In this document: one piece after another, positions 1 through 9,183 of the stretch
Numbering within the stretch: the first letter of the stretch is position 1
Layout of the letters: each line of letters opens with the position of its first letter
DNA from: a virus
Lineage: Duplodnaviria > Caudoviricetes
IMG/VR virus record: IMGVR_UViG_3300050120_000065
Span: 1,742 to 65,741 of that record
Strand: one strand, 5' to 3'
Length of the DNA: 64,000 bases
The notes under the pieces: generated by a model
Seen by the model: only the letters and a program-made list of their open reading frames with translations
Databases searched by the model: none
Told to the model about the DNA's origin: nothing
Program-made: the position numbers and the translations under genes

Positions 1-163
1 ATACGCCGGAGACGAATCAAGTTTCCGCGCTTGCGCTTGATTGGGCCGAGGTCTGGTACGCGACGCAACTCGCGGCATTTGCACCGCAGTAATTCCCCCC
101 AAAGCGACGGCCGCTCAATAAGCCGCAGCGGTGAGATGCCGCAACAAATTTCCCGGAGCAACC

Positions 164-583
164 ATGAATTTAGCCCATACCGAAACAATAGGCGAAGCAC
201 GACACGAGCGAGCGCTTGCACATTACTCGCGCGTGCTGGAGCAGATCGAAGCATACAACGAAGCACACGAGCAACTCGCGCAGATCGAATACAAGCGGCT
301 TTGCAAGGCTCCTACCGGCCTAGACATGCAATGCGCCGCCGAGTATTGGGCGCAAGCAGAGGGGACGGTCCTGAGTTGCGCATGGGCCGGTGATGAAGCG
401 AATCGCGATGAGCGACTAGGCTTCGCTGCACGCACGTTGCTGGAAACAGCTTTTGCCAAGATGGCCGACGTTAAAGCCGACGAGTTGCTGACTGCGGCCA
501 TGAAAGCGGTCGAGCACGAAGGTCTGACGATCAGGCCGGAATGTCGGCGTGTGTTAGTGGCGGCAGAGGGAGGTGTGTTGTGA
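164..583 (+). CDS. hypothetical phage protein
   Basis: GGAG RBS before ATG164; stop overlaps next start (GTGA). Confidence 0.7.
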   Translation: MNLAHTETIGEARHERALAHYSRVLEQIEAYNEAHEQLAQIEYKRLCKAPTGLDMQCAAEYWAQAEGTVLSCAWAGDEANRDERLGFAARTLLETAFAKMADVKADELLTAAMKAVEHEGLTIRPECRRVLVAAEGGVL

Positions 584-948
584 GTGAGATCAAACTCGTT
601 CCATGCCCCGTCTGCGGGAAAGCCCCTAATCGCTTCTTTGTTGGACGGCAAAACATCGAAGTGATCGCATGCCCAAAGGGTTGTCAGCCGCACATATTTA
701 GCTTTGTGGTTCACATCACCTCAGAACTTGTAAGGGGGTGTGGATGGACCGACTTGGGCGACGCGTGGAACACGATCCGGCTTGAGCAGGGCGACGACGG
801 TAATAAACGGTTCGTTTTCGACCGATACGCACCAGGATGCGCCCCAATAGAGGCGGATGGACCACACATAAAGTGGAGCCCCGCCATTTCGACGCAGATG
901 GCAGCAGAGCGTGCTGCAATCGCCAAAGCCGCCGGGAGTGCCCAATGA
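580..948 (+). CDS. Lar-like N-terminal Zn-finger protein
   Basis: LVPCPVCG at N-terminus and a second C-x3-C; coupled GTG start. Confidence 0.5.
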   Translation: MSEIKLVPCPVCGKAPNRFFVGRQNIEVIACPKGCQPHIFSFVVHITSELVRGCGWTDLGDAWNTIRLEQGDDGNKRFVFDRYAPGCAPIEADGPHIKWSPAISTQMAAERAAIAKAAGSAQ

Positions 949-1091
949 ACTTCCCCAACCAAAACACCCTACTCCGCGCAGCTTGCGAGCGCCATAGGGC
1001 CTTTCGTATTGCTGGGTGGACGCTTGTGTTCGGCGGTGCAATCGCCTTCGCATGGCTTGAATGTTTCCTCCATCCGGTAGGTGTCCAATGA
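945..1091 (+). CDS. small membrane protein
   Basis: ATGA-coupled at both ends; one hydrophobic segment. Confidence 0.55.
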   Translation: MNFPNQNTLLRAACERHRAFRIAGWTLVFGGAIAFAWLECFLHPVGVQ

Positions 1092-1534
1092 TCAATCACA
1101 CGACCGACGATGCCGAGGCAGTTCGTCAAAAGCGCATCGACTTCCACATGAGCTACTGCGTGCATTACAAGCCGATTGGTAAGAGTGGCCTCAATGACGA
1201 CTACTGCGACCTAAAGTGCGGCGCAGTCGCGGGGCACAAGAAGCCCTGCATTCGTGGTCACTTGCTCGAAAGCCCAACATCAGCCTGCCCGTCATGGGAG
1301 CGCCGCAGTCTTGAAAGCGCGATTGCGCGACACGAGAGCATCGAAGAGATTTTCCGGCGTATGGAAAAGGTCGGCCCGGTCGTTGCCGAGTGGCGCAAAA
1401 AGCTACCGCGAGGCAAGCAGGAGGTGATCGAGTGCCCCGCCTGCGGTGGTCGCCTGCATCTGTCCCAAGCCGCATCAAATGGCCATGTATGGGGCAAATG
1501 TGAAACAGCGGATTGCGTCTCTTGGATGGAATGA
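1088..1534 (+). CDS. Cys-rich hypothetical protein (C-terminal Zn ribbon)
   Basis: ECPACGG...KCETADC; coupled start. Confidence 0.65.
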   Translation: MINHTTDDAEAVRQKRIDFHMSYCVHYKPIGKSGLNDDYCDLKCGAVAGHKKPCIRGHLLESPTSACPSWERRSLESAIARHESIEEIFRRMEKVGPVVAEWRKKLPRGKQEVIECPACGGRLHLSQAASNGHVWGKCETADCVSWME

Positions 1535-1704
1535 ACATGACCCGCTTACTCGTCAAATTCGACACCGCCTGGATGCGCTTCTGCCGCCGTCATCCGTGGG
1601 CTGCACGGGCTTTGTATGCGGCGCTGCTGCTTGCCGTTCTCGGTTGGTACATCGTAGCTTCGGCGCATGGGGCGAGTGAGCAAGTGGTTAGGCCGATGGT
1701 TTGA
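1531..1704 (+). CDS. small membrane protein
   Basis: ATGA-coupled; TM segment ALYAALLLAVLGWYIVA. Confidence 0.55.
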   Translation: MNMTRLLVKFDTAWMRFCRRHPWAARALYAALLLAVLGWYIVASAHGASEQVVRPMV

Positions 1705-1736
1705 GCATCGCCGAATAACAGATTAAGGAGAGAGAA

Positions 1737-3206
1737 ATGTCAGATGTTATTGAGCAAGAGCCTGAAACGACTGCGCTCACCGTGGTGCAGCGCGCAGCGG
1801 TAGCACTGGGCGCCGACAAGCATGAGCAGGAGCTTGTGGCGCTGTCGAAGCAATACACCGACATCGTTGAAATCAAGAACAATGCCGGCCGCGATCAATG
1901 CCACGCGGCGGCGATGGTGCTGTCGAAGGCCATCACGCATACCGACAAGACCGGTAAGGAGGCCCGCGAAGATGCGAATGCTTTCCAGAAAGCCGTGATC
2001 GTGGAAGTGAAGCGGCGGATCGCGATTATCGAATCTGAGCGGGACCGGCTGATAGCCCTCAGAGACAAGTGGGATGCTGAGCGCGCAGCCGAGAAAGCCG
2101 CCATTGCCGCCACCGAGGCCGCTCGTGTCGCCGCCATCCGCGCCAAGATCGATGTGATGCGCAACAAGCCTGCTTCGATGGTCGGCCAGCCTTCCGCCGA
2201 GATTGGTGTGGCTGCGGATCACTTGTCAGAGACCGTTATCGGCCTGGATGAATATGCCGAACTCGCGGGGGAGGCTCAGGTCGAGCGCAATCATGCTGCG
2301 ACCAAGCTGCGCGAGATGCAGGCGGCGCAGCAGGCTATCGAGCAGGCCGCTGCCGAGTCAGCGCGTCAAGCCGAAGCGGAGCGTGCCGAGCAGGATCGCG
2401 TGGCCGCTGAGCAGAAAGCCGAAGCCAAGCGGCTTGCAGGCTTGGCCGCCGAGATTGAGACAAAGGCCGCTGCAGCACGTGTCGCGCAGGAAAAGGCAGA
2501 CCGCGAAGCCGCTACCGCTCGTGCCGCCCGAGAGCGTAAGGACCGCGAAGCCCGAGAAGCTTTTGAGGCCGAACGGCGATCCCAGCAGGTCGCGCATGAG
2601 GCGCTGACTGCGAAGCAACAAGCCGCCGCCGACCTCATCGCCGCCGCCACCTCAGAGATTCAGGGCATCCAGCAGCAGGTAATCATCTCTCAGTCGGGCC
2701 GCCTGGGTGTCCGCAAGGGCGGCACCATCCACTGCATCCGCGAAACGTTAGCGGAGACCGAGGCATGGAACATTGACCCCGAGCGCTTCGGTATCCTCGC
2801 CGGCGCCGCCGAAAGCGCCAAGACGACCGCAGTTGCCGAGATTCGCCGGTTGCTGGCCGAGGCTGAGCGCAAAGAGAGCGAGGCATTGACTCAGCAACTC
2901 GACGCAGACCACGGCGAAGCCTTGAGCGAAAACGCGCGGATCGACGCGGAGCGTGAGGCGGCAGCAAAGGCTGCCCGTGTCCAGGCAGAACGGGAAGCAG
3001 CCGAGGCCGAGCGAATCCACCGTGAGCTTGTCCAGTTCGAGCAGAACGGCCCTGGCGACGTGGAAATCGTCAAGCGCTTGGCCGCTGATTACGGCGTCAC
3101 TGTTGGCGACGTCATGCAATGGATGAAGAAATTCGACTATGCCGCGACCGATGAATTGTTGGCCGCCGAGAACGTCGCAGCCAACCCAACGGAGAAAGCA
3201 GCATGA
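1737..3206 (+). CDS. long Ala/Glu-rich coiled-coil protein preceding the recombination module
   Basis: strong RBS AAGGAG; heptad-rich; coupled to ERF. Confidence 0.75.
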   Translation: MSDVIEQEPETTALTVVQRAAVALGADKHEQELVALSKQYTDIVEIKNNAGRDQCHAAAMVLSKAITHTDKTGKEAREDANAFQKAVIVEVKRRIAIIESERDRLIALRDKWDAERAAEKAAIAATEAARVAAIRAKIDVMRNKPASMVGQPSAEIGVAADHLSETVIGLDEYAELAGEAQVERNHAATKLREMQAAQQAIEQAAAESARQAEAERAEQDRVAAEQKAEAKRLAGLAAEIETKAAAARVAQEKADREAATARAARERKDREAREAFEAERRSQQVAHEALTAKQQAAADLIAAATSEIQGIQQQVIISQSGRLGVRKGGTIHCIRETLAETEAWNIDPERFGILAGAAESAKTTAVAEIRRLLAEAERKESEALTQQLDADHGEALSENARIDAEREAAAKAARVQAEREAAEAERIHRELVQFEQNGPGDVEIVKRLAADYGVTVGDVMQWMKKFDYAATDELLAAENVAANPTEKAA

Positions 3207-4012
3207 ATGCAGAAGCCATTACCGAAATCACCGAGTTCGACGTAGCTGAGGCTCAGCAAGCGAAAGCGCCGGTCGTACAGCAGCCGCGTGCGGTTGTCGC
3301 GTCATCCGCTACGCCCGCCGATCTGGTGCGCTATGCCATTGAAAGCGGCGCCGACCTAGATCGGCTGGAGCGCTTGATGGATATGCAAATCAAGTGGGAG
3401 GCGAATGAGGCCCGCAAGGCATTTGCCGAGGCGATGGCCGAATTCAAGCTGAACGCGCCGGCGATCATGAAAGACAAGAACGTCAGCTACGAGACCGGGA
3501 AAGGCACAACCGCCTATTCGCACGCGACCCTCGGGAACGTATGCGAGAAGATCGTCGCAAGCCTTGCCAATCACGGGTTTAGTCACCGATGGGTGCCTGG
3601 CAGGCGGGATAACGGCGTCCTCACGATTACATGCGTGATTACCCACAAACTGGGCCACAGCGAGGAAACGATGCTGGAAGGCGGTGCCGATGCATCTGGC
3701 GGGAAAAACAATATCCAAGCCATGTCGTCGACCAATACCTACCTTGAGCGCTATTCGCTTCTGGCTGCCGTCGGCCTAGCCCCCAAAGATATGCCGGATG
3801 ACGACGGCAGGGGATCCACTCAAGGCAAGGCCGACGAAATCTGGATGAAATGGGAAACCCAGTTGGCCTCAGCCGGAACAGCCGATGAAGTTCGACGTAT
3901 CCGCGCCATGGCTGGCGCCGCGTTCGAGGCTCTCGGTGATATCCCGAGTTGGAACCTGTTCAAAACGATGGTCGAAAGAAAGAAAACCGAACTCGCAGGG
4001 AGCGCGCAATGA
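3203..4012 (+). CDS. ERF-family single-strand annealing protein
   Basis: YSHATL, HKLGHSE, SSTNTYLERYSL and DDDG motifs typical of ERF; next to exonuclease and SSB. Confidence 0.85.
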   Translation: MNAEAITEITEFDVAEAQQAKAPVVQQPRAVVASSATPADLVRYAIESGADLDRLERLMDMQIKWEANEARKAFAEAMAEFKLNAPAIMKDKNVSYETGKGTTAYSHATLGNVCEKIVASLANHGFSHRWVPGRRDNGVLTITCVITHKLGHSEETMLEGGADASGGKNNIQAMSSTNTYLERYSLLAAVGLAPKDMPDDDGRGSTQGKADEIWMKWETQLASAGTADEVRRIRAMAGAAFEALGDIPSWNLFKTMVERKKTELAGSAQ

Positions 4013-4656
4013 AGCGAATTTTTGTGGTTTCCGAGCATGCCCAGCAGACGCCCGAGTGGTTGGCAGATCGAGCCGGTCGGGCGACTGGCTCACGCGCTGC
4101 CGCTGTCACGGCCAAGGTTAAGTCTGGCGAGGCCGCGACGCGCGCTGATTATCGCGTGCAACTAGCCCTTGAGCGATTGCTGTGCAAACCGTGCGCCGAT
4201 GACTTCTCGAGCGATGACACCGACCGTGGCAACGAGCGCGAGCCGTTCGCGCGGATGCGGTACGAGATTCAGACCGGCATCACGGTACAGGAAAGCCCCT
4301 TCGTGTACCGCGAAGACATTATGGCCGGCTGCTCGGTAGACGGGTTTCTCGACGATGACGGCAGGTTTGGTATTTGGGAGGCGAAGTGCCCCAAGAGCAA
4401 AACACACTTCAAGTATCTGGTCGAAAACCGGATTCCACCAACCTACGTCAATCAGGTTTTGCATAACACGCTGGTGACCGGCGCGGAATATGTCGACTTC
4501 GTTTCATTCGATCCCGACATGCCGGAAAAGCTCCAGTTGTTCGTGTTCCGCTGGGAGCGCGACGAAGAGCTGATCCGCGAATACGAAATTGAGTTACTTC
4601 AATTTCTGGCGGAAGTGGACGCAACCCACAAGCAGATATCGGCGATGGCCGCCTAA
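4009..4656 (+). CDS. YqaJ/lambda-exonuclease family protein
   Basis: EWLADRAG, GNERE, GCSVDG, EAKCP and YVNQV motifs. Confidence 0.9.
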   Translation: MKRIFVVSEHAQQTPEWLADRAGRATGSRAAAVTAKVKSGEAATRADYRVQLALERLLCKPCADDFSSDDTDRGNEREPFARMRYEIQTGITVQESPFVYREDIMAGCSVDGFLDDDGRFGIWEAKCPKSKTHFKYLVENRIPPTYVNQVLHNTLVTGAEYVDFVSFDPDMPEKLQLFVFRWERDEELIREYEIELLQFLAEVDATHKQISAMAA

Positions 4657-4683
4657 CTATCCAACTTACATAAGAGCGAAATC

Positions 4684-5124
4684 ATGATTCAAATTTTCGG
4701 ATTGGCCCGCATAGGCCGAGATGCTGAAGTGCGCCGCACGACCAACAATGACGCCGTTGCAAGCGTATCGCTGGCGTTCACTTATGGGCGAAAAGATGCC
4801 AACGGCAAGCGACCGACTCAATGGGTCGATGGCGCTCTGTGGGGCGCACGCGCCGAAGCGCTCGCGCCGCATCTGGTCAAAGGCACGCTGGTAACTGTCG
4901 TTCTTGAAGATGCGCATATCGAAACGTTCAAAAAGTCGGATGGCGGCGAAGGCGTGAAGCTCTCGGCGCGCATTACCGCGATCGATCTGGCTGGCGGTGG
5001 CGAAAAGAAAGCTGCACCGGCCCCCGCGCCTGCTCCGCGCCAGCAACAGCGCGCGGCACCAGCGCCAGCAAGTGCCCCGGCCGGTGGCGGATTCGAAGAC
5101 ATGGATGACGACGTGCCGTTCTAG
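4684..5124 (+). CDS. ssb: single-stranded DNA-binding protein
   Basis: OB-fold (RIGRDAEVR, LVKGTLV), Pro/Ala linker, acidic tail DDDVPF. Confidence 0.95.
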   Translation: MIQIFGLARIGRDAEVRRTTNNDAVASVSLAFTYGRKDANGKRPTQWVDGALWGARAEALAPHLVKGTLVTVVLEDAHIETFKKSDGGEGVKLSARITAIDLAGGGEKKAAPAPAPAPRQQQRAAPAPASAPAGGGFEDMDDDVPF

Positions 5125-5194
5125 GCCCACCTCGAAGCCGAACACGCCTAACCCCCTCGGCGCGCAGCGTGGCGCCTCTTATTGAGAGAAGAAA

Positions 5195-5401
5195 ATGGAT
5201 CTCGCCCACTACCTCGCCCTAACCTTCTGCCTACTCGCTGCCGCAGTCATCATCTATGCAATCAAACAAGCGCTAAAACGCCCGCGATGGGACTCAATGC
5301 AGGCTGGCGACGCGCATGAGGAGTTCGTAGCGAGGAAGGCAATGCATCCGGTAGCGAGCGGGGATTCGATGGAGGATTTGGTACAGGGAGAGGTGAAGTG
5401 A
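5195..5401 (+). CDS. small membrane-anchored protein
   Basis: N-terminal TM helix. Confidence 0.55.
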   Translation: MDLAHYLALTFCLLAAAVIIYAIKQALKRPRWDSMQAGDAHEEFVARKAMHPVASGDSMEDLVQGEVK

Positions 5402-5508
5402 TTGCTAGCGAACGCGCCGCGCTTAAGACCTTCCTTGATGGCGTCGAGGCGCTGCTTGAACTTGGCTTGACGATGATTAGAAACTATCGACAACAGGTGA
5501 AATTATGA
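5398..5508 (+). CDS. 36-aa peptide
   Basis: GTG start overlaps upstream stop, TGA overlaps next ATG; GGAGAGG RBS. Confidence 0.45.
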   Translation: MIASERAALKTFLDGVEALLELGLTMIRNYRQQVKL

Positions 5509-5870
5509 ACGTTGTAACCGTAACCGTTTCTGGCGATGTCGGCACCGGTAAATCTGCGATATGCGGCGAAATCGAAATCCTCTGCAAGGCGCTCCGAATC
5601 CCCGTTGAGTGGAAAGGTGGGCGCGCAGAGAAGGGCTTGACACATGCCGACTGGACCGATGCGCTTGAGATGTATTCGCCCCACGTGGAGATTGTCGAGG
5701 TCAACACGAATCAAATTCTGCGCCTCACCGCCTCGCATGCAGCACTACTAGCAGCGCTTGAGGAAGCAAAGCAGGCGTTGCTCGACGCCAATCGAAACGG
5801 ATTCAAGCACGGGTTCGGCGCGCTGCAATCGGCCAATGCCGCTATCAAGAGCGCTAAGGAGTTGGGATGA
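5505..5870 (+). CDS. hypothetical protein with P-loop-like GDVGTGKS
   Basis: ORF coupled at both ends. Confidence 0.6.
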   Translation: MNVVTVTVSGDVGTGKSAICGEIEILCKALRIPVEWKGGRAEKGLTHADWTDALEMYSPHVEIVEVNTNQILRLTASHAALLAALEEAKQALLDANRNGFKHGFGALQSANAAIKSAKELG

Positions 5871-6076
5871 GGATCATTCAGATACAGGTCGGCGGTGGCG
5901 ATGACTATGAAATATATGGACTTGGCGACGATGGCGTTCTCTACACCTATACCTTCGGGCGCATGCCATACGACGACAGGTCAGGTAATCCTCAAGACGG
6001 CCACACGGCGGGTTGGTGCTCGACAACCTCAGGCCGCTCAGTGACTATCCCCAATCCAAAAAAGGAACAATCATGA
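5867..6076 (+). CDS. hypothetical protein
   Basis: coupled ORF. Confidence 0.55.
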   Translation: MRIIQIQVGGGDDYEIYGLGDDGVLYTYTFGRMPYDDRSGNPQDGHTAGWCSTTSGRSVTIPNPKKEQS

Positions 6077-7668
6077 GCAGACCTATTAGCGATAGCCGCG
6101 AGGCGTTTGAGCGAGAATTAGTAAGGCGCGTACCAAATGCGCAGCTTCAATTGCGTGACGCCGATGACGAAGTGCGCCCTGGCGAATACGAGCATGCCAC
6201 GCATGAGTTCGCATGGCAGATGTGGCAAGCACAAGCAGCTATCGCCCACAAGAGCGATGGGGCTGTGCCTGTCGATGGTTTTGTCGATATCGTGTTCGAC
6301 GCTCCGCCCGGGCCTACCTCAGGGCGATTCATCGAAGTTGAGAACGATAAGGGCGAGTCGATCAGCTTTGGCGAATGGGTCCGCAGACCAGATGGATATT
6401 GGGCGCTTCGCTTCACTGCGCCCGTCGCTGTGCCGGTAGATGCGAGCCCGTCATTCGATCCTCAATCGCTTCTCAACAAAGCCACGTCGGACGCGCTATC
6501 TCGGCTGCATGCGCTGGGCCAGAGTCGCGGCTATCACAGCGGCTGGGATGCGATTCTGGCTGCGCCGAAGAAAGAGCCGCCGCCTGATGTGGAATCGGCT
6601 GACTCCATTCGTTCCGACCTTGAAGGTGAGTTTGTTCCGGTATTTCCTGAGTTGTCTGGTGCCGCCCCCGCGCCCCATAGCGGCGGTTCAGTATCGGCCC
6701 GCGAAGATGCTCAACGTGAACGCATGAAAGAGCGCTTCGCTGATCGCGTCAAGTCGCCTGCAACGGCTGATTTCGACTTGCCTGCGCCAAACGATGCCGC
6801 GCCCCATAGCGGTGAGGCTGCAACCGTAGAGACGGACGCGAAACCGTACAAGAAAGAGCCGATCACCAAAGAGTGGTGCATGAACATGGCGCACCTTGAA
6901 GGCGAAAGCGAAATCGGCGCGTGTGATCCGGCCAAATATCCAGCTTCGCAATTACAAATCTGCACCAGTTTTAAGGATGGCAAGGCAGTCTTTGTGATTG
7001 TGCGCAGGACGTCCGCTCAGCACAGCGTCATCACGGACATGGGCGATTCTTTCGCTAGCCGTTCTCTTGCGGAATCAGCGCTCGCGAAACTAAGCGGAAA
7101 ACCAGTCCCTGATGGAACGTTCGCCTGCCCGATATGCGGCAAAGACACGCCCCACGAGCATTCTAGCGCCGAAGTGGCCCAGCATCGAATCGACCGCGCG
7201 GGAAGCAAGCAAGCGCCTATCGGTGAGGCTGGGGGAGTGGTGGCAAGCAGCTTGCCACAGCCGGTTCTGGATGCCCTGCGCTTCTATGCCAACGGCCATC
7301 ACTTCGCAATCGATAGCGACGAATTCGATACCGTGAGCGGCGAACCTCAGAATTGGCAGCACAGCCAGCGCGACGACGATATCACCTGTATCGAGGATGG
7401 CTCTATCGCTAAATGGGCACTTACTGGCGACCTGGTGGCGGGCGAGGATGAACCATCGCCGCCTGTTCCTGGCGAAGTCTATGCTGCCGCCCAGCCGCAA
7501 GCAGCGCCGAGCGGGCTGAGTGATGCGGATATCGACATGCGCCTCGATGCCGTACTGCGATCATCCGGCTCGGCGCTGCGCCATTACAGCATGCAGAAAT
7601 CACTGGATGACATGCGAACGGCGATGCGCTGGGCTCTCACTGCGCCGCAAACCGGGAGCGGATCGTGA
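6073..7668 (+). CDS. mosaic multi-module phage protein
   Basis: AAGGA RBS; short modules joined by Ala/Pro linkers, including a CPICG..H.H Zn motif. Confidence 0.7.
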   Translation: MSRPISDSREAFERELVRRVPNAQLQLRDADDEVRPGEYEHATHEFAWQMWQAQAAIAHKSDGAVPVDGFVDIVFDAPPGPTSGRFIEVENDKGESISFGEWVRRPDGYWALRFTAPVAVPVDASPSFDPQSLLNKATSDALSRLHALGQSRGYHSGWDAILAAPKKEPPPDVESADSIRSDLEGEFVPVFPELSGAAPAPHSGGSVSAREDAQRERMKERFADRVKSPATADFDLPAPNDAAPHSGEAATVETDAKPYKKEPITKEWCMNMAHLEGESEIGACDPAKYPASQLQICTSFKDGKAVFVIVRRTSAQHSVITDMGDSFASRSLAESALAKLSGKPVPDGTFACPICGKDTPHEHSSAEVAQHRIDRAGSKQAPIGEAGGVVASSLPQPVLDALRFYANGHHFAIDSDEFDTVSGEPQNWQHSQRDDDITCIEDGSIAKWALTGDLVAGEDEPSPPVPGEVYAAAQPQAAPSGLSDADIDMRLDAVLRSSGSALRHYSMQKSLDDMRTAMRWALTAPQTGSGS

Positions 7669-8189
7669 GCGACGTAGCCGAAAAGACAATTCTCGACCCG
7701 TGCTGCGGTGGACGAATGATGTGGCTTGACCGCCAGCACCCGAGCGTGATCTTTGGCGACCAGCGTCACGAGGTGCTGACCGTTACTGACCGCTCGCATG
7801 GTAACGACAGCGGCACGCGCACGCTCCGCATTGAGCCTGACGTGATGCTGGATTTCCGTGCTTTGCCGTATTCGGACGGCGCTTTCAAGCTGGTTTCGTT
7901 CGATCCGCCGCATTTGGTCCGCGCAGGGGCCAAGAGCTGGTTGGCAGCCAAATATGGGCAACTCGGTCCCGACTGGCGTGATGACCTGCGCCGTGGCTTC
8001 GCAGAGTGCTTTCGCGTGCTCTCCGTGGATGGCGTTTTGATCTTCAAGTGGAATGAAACGCAGATCAAGGTGAGTGAGGTTTTGGCGCTGGCTGAGGTCA
8101 AGCCGCTCTTTGGCCATCTAAGCGGCCGCAAAGGGCTCACACACTGGCTCGTCTTTATGAAGACCTCTGCGCATGGAGATAAATCATGA
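7665..8189 (+). CDS. small SAM-dependent amino-DNA methyltransferase
   Basis: motif I ILDPCCGG, motif IV-like FDPPH. Confidence 0.8.
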   Translation: MSDVAEKTILDPCCGGRMMWLDRQHPSVIFGDQRHEVLTVTDRSHGNDSGTRTLRIEPDVMLDFRALPYSDGAFKLVSFDPPHLVRAGAKSWLAAKYGQLGPDWRDDLRRGFAECFRVLSVDGVLIFKWNETQIKVSEVLALAEVKPLFGHLSGRKGLTHWLVFMKTSAHGDKS

Positions 8190-8518
8190 CCACACCAACA
8201 CCCAACCCCACAGTAGCGCCAACAGTCGAGCAGGTTATGGCGGCGGCTGCGACGTTAGTCGATGCTTGCATCCGGCGATATATCGATCCACGCAAACCTT
8301 TGCCGCTAGGGGAGACAGCATATACGAAGTTGCTCGCCCTGGTCGAAGCGCTAGCAGTGGATGCAGAGCGCGGCCGCTGGATCACTGAGCATGCCGTGAT
8401 GATCGATGCCTCTGTGCCGGGAATGCTCACGATGGTGATGGCGAGCACCGCAGAGGGCGCGATTAAAGCTGATGCTGTCGCCGCTATCGACGCCGCCCTT
8501 CAAGGAAATGACAAATGA
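8186..8518 (+). CDS. hypothetical protein
   Basis: coupled ORF; DAERGRW...AIDAAL pattern seen in Ead/Ea22-like phage proteins. Confidence 0.6.
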   Translation: MTTPTPNPTVAPTVEQVMAAAATLVDACIRRYIDPRKPLPLGETAYTKLLALVEALAVDAERGRWITEHAVMIDASVPGMLTMVMASTAEGAIKADAVAAIDAALQGNDK

Positions 8519-9183
8519 CTTGCGATCAACAGCGATTTGAGCGAGATATCGCTCAGCATCACATGACCATTTTCCGAGATGAAGGCACGGACCGGCACAT
8601 CTCGTTCCGACAGTCAGGTAATAGCGCCTACTGGTTCGAGATTCTGACGTGGCCCGGTGCGCTGTGCATCCGTGGCGACATGGGCACATACGTGTTCTCA
8701 CGCACGCCCGACATGTTCCAGTTCTTCCGCACGGGCGACCGTGGCGACCCGAGCAAGCTGTATATCAACGAAGGCTATTGGACCGAGAAGCTGATCGCCG
8801 TCGATTGCAACGGATACGGCAAAGGCAGCGCTCAAGAATTCAGTGCCGACGTTTTTAAGCGCAAGGTGATTCGCCGATTTCGCGAGTATTGCCGTGACTA
8901 CGAAGTTGAGCATGATGAGCGAAAGCGCATGTGGTATTGGATTCGCTCTGACATCCTCGATTATGCGAGTGACGGGGATTCTAGCGCGCTCAACAAAGTG
9001 CATGAGTTCAGTGACTCGGCGCACCCGCGCATCTTTGATGATTTCTGGGAAGTGAACTGCGACGTTTATACCTTCCATCTGATATGGAACCTGTACGCCA
9101 TTGCATGGGCGATACGGAAGTATGACGCAGCTCGTACGCAACTTACCACGCAAGGTGAGTTGCCGGGATCGGAGGGAGTGTGA
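8515..9183 (+). CDS. conserved phage hypothetical protein
   Basis: WFEILTWPGALCIRGDMGTYVF; coupled at both ends. Confidence 0.75.
   Translation: MTCDQQRFERDIAQHHMTIFRDEGTDRHISFRQSGNSAYWFEILTWPGALCIRGDMGTYVFSRTPDMFQFFRTGDRGDPSKLYINEGYWTEKLIAVDCNGYGKGSAQEFSADVFKRKVIRRFREYCRDYEVEHDERKRMWYWIRSDILDYASDGDSSALNKVHEFSDSAHPRIFDDFWEVNCDVYTFHLIWNLYAIAWAIRKYDAARTQLTTQGELPGSEGV

Noticed and set aside
5254-5493. Antisense ORF
   Set aside because: The + strand is fully occupied by coupled ORFs, including 5398-5508; no RBS.
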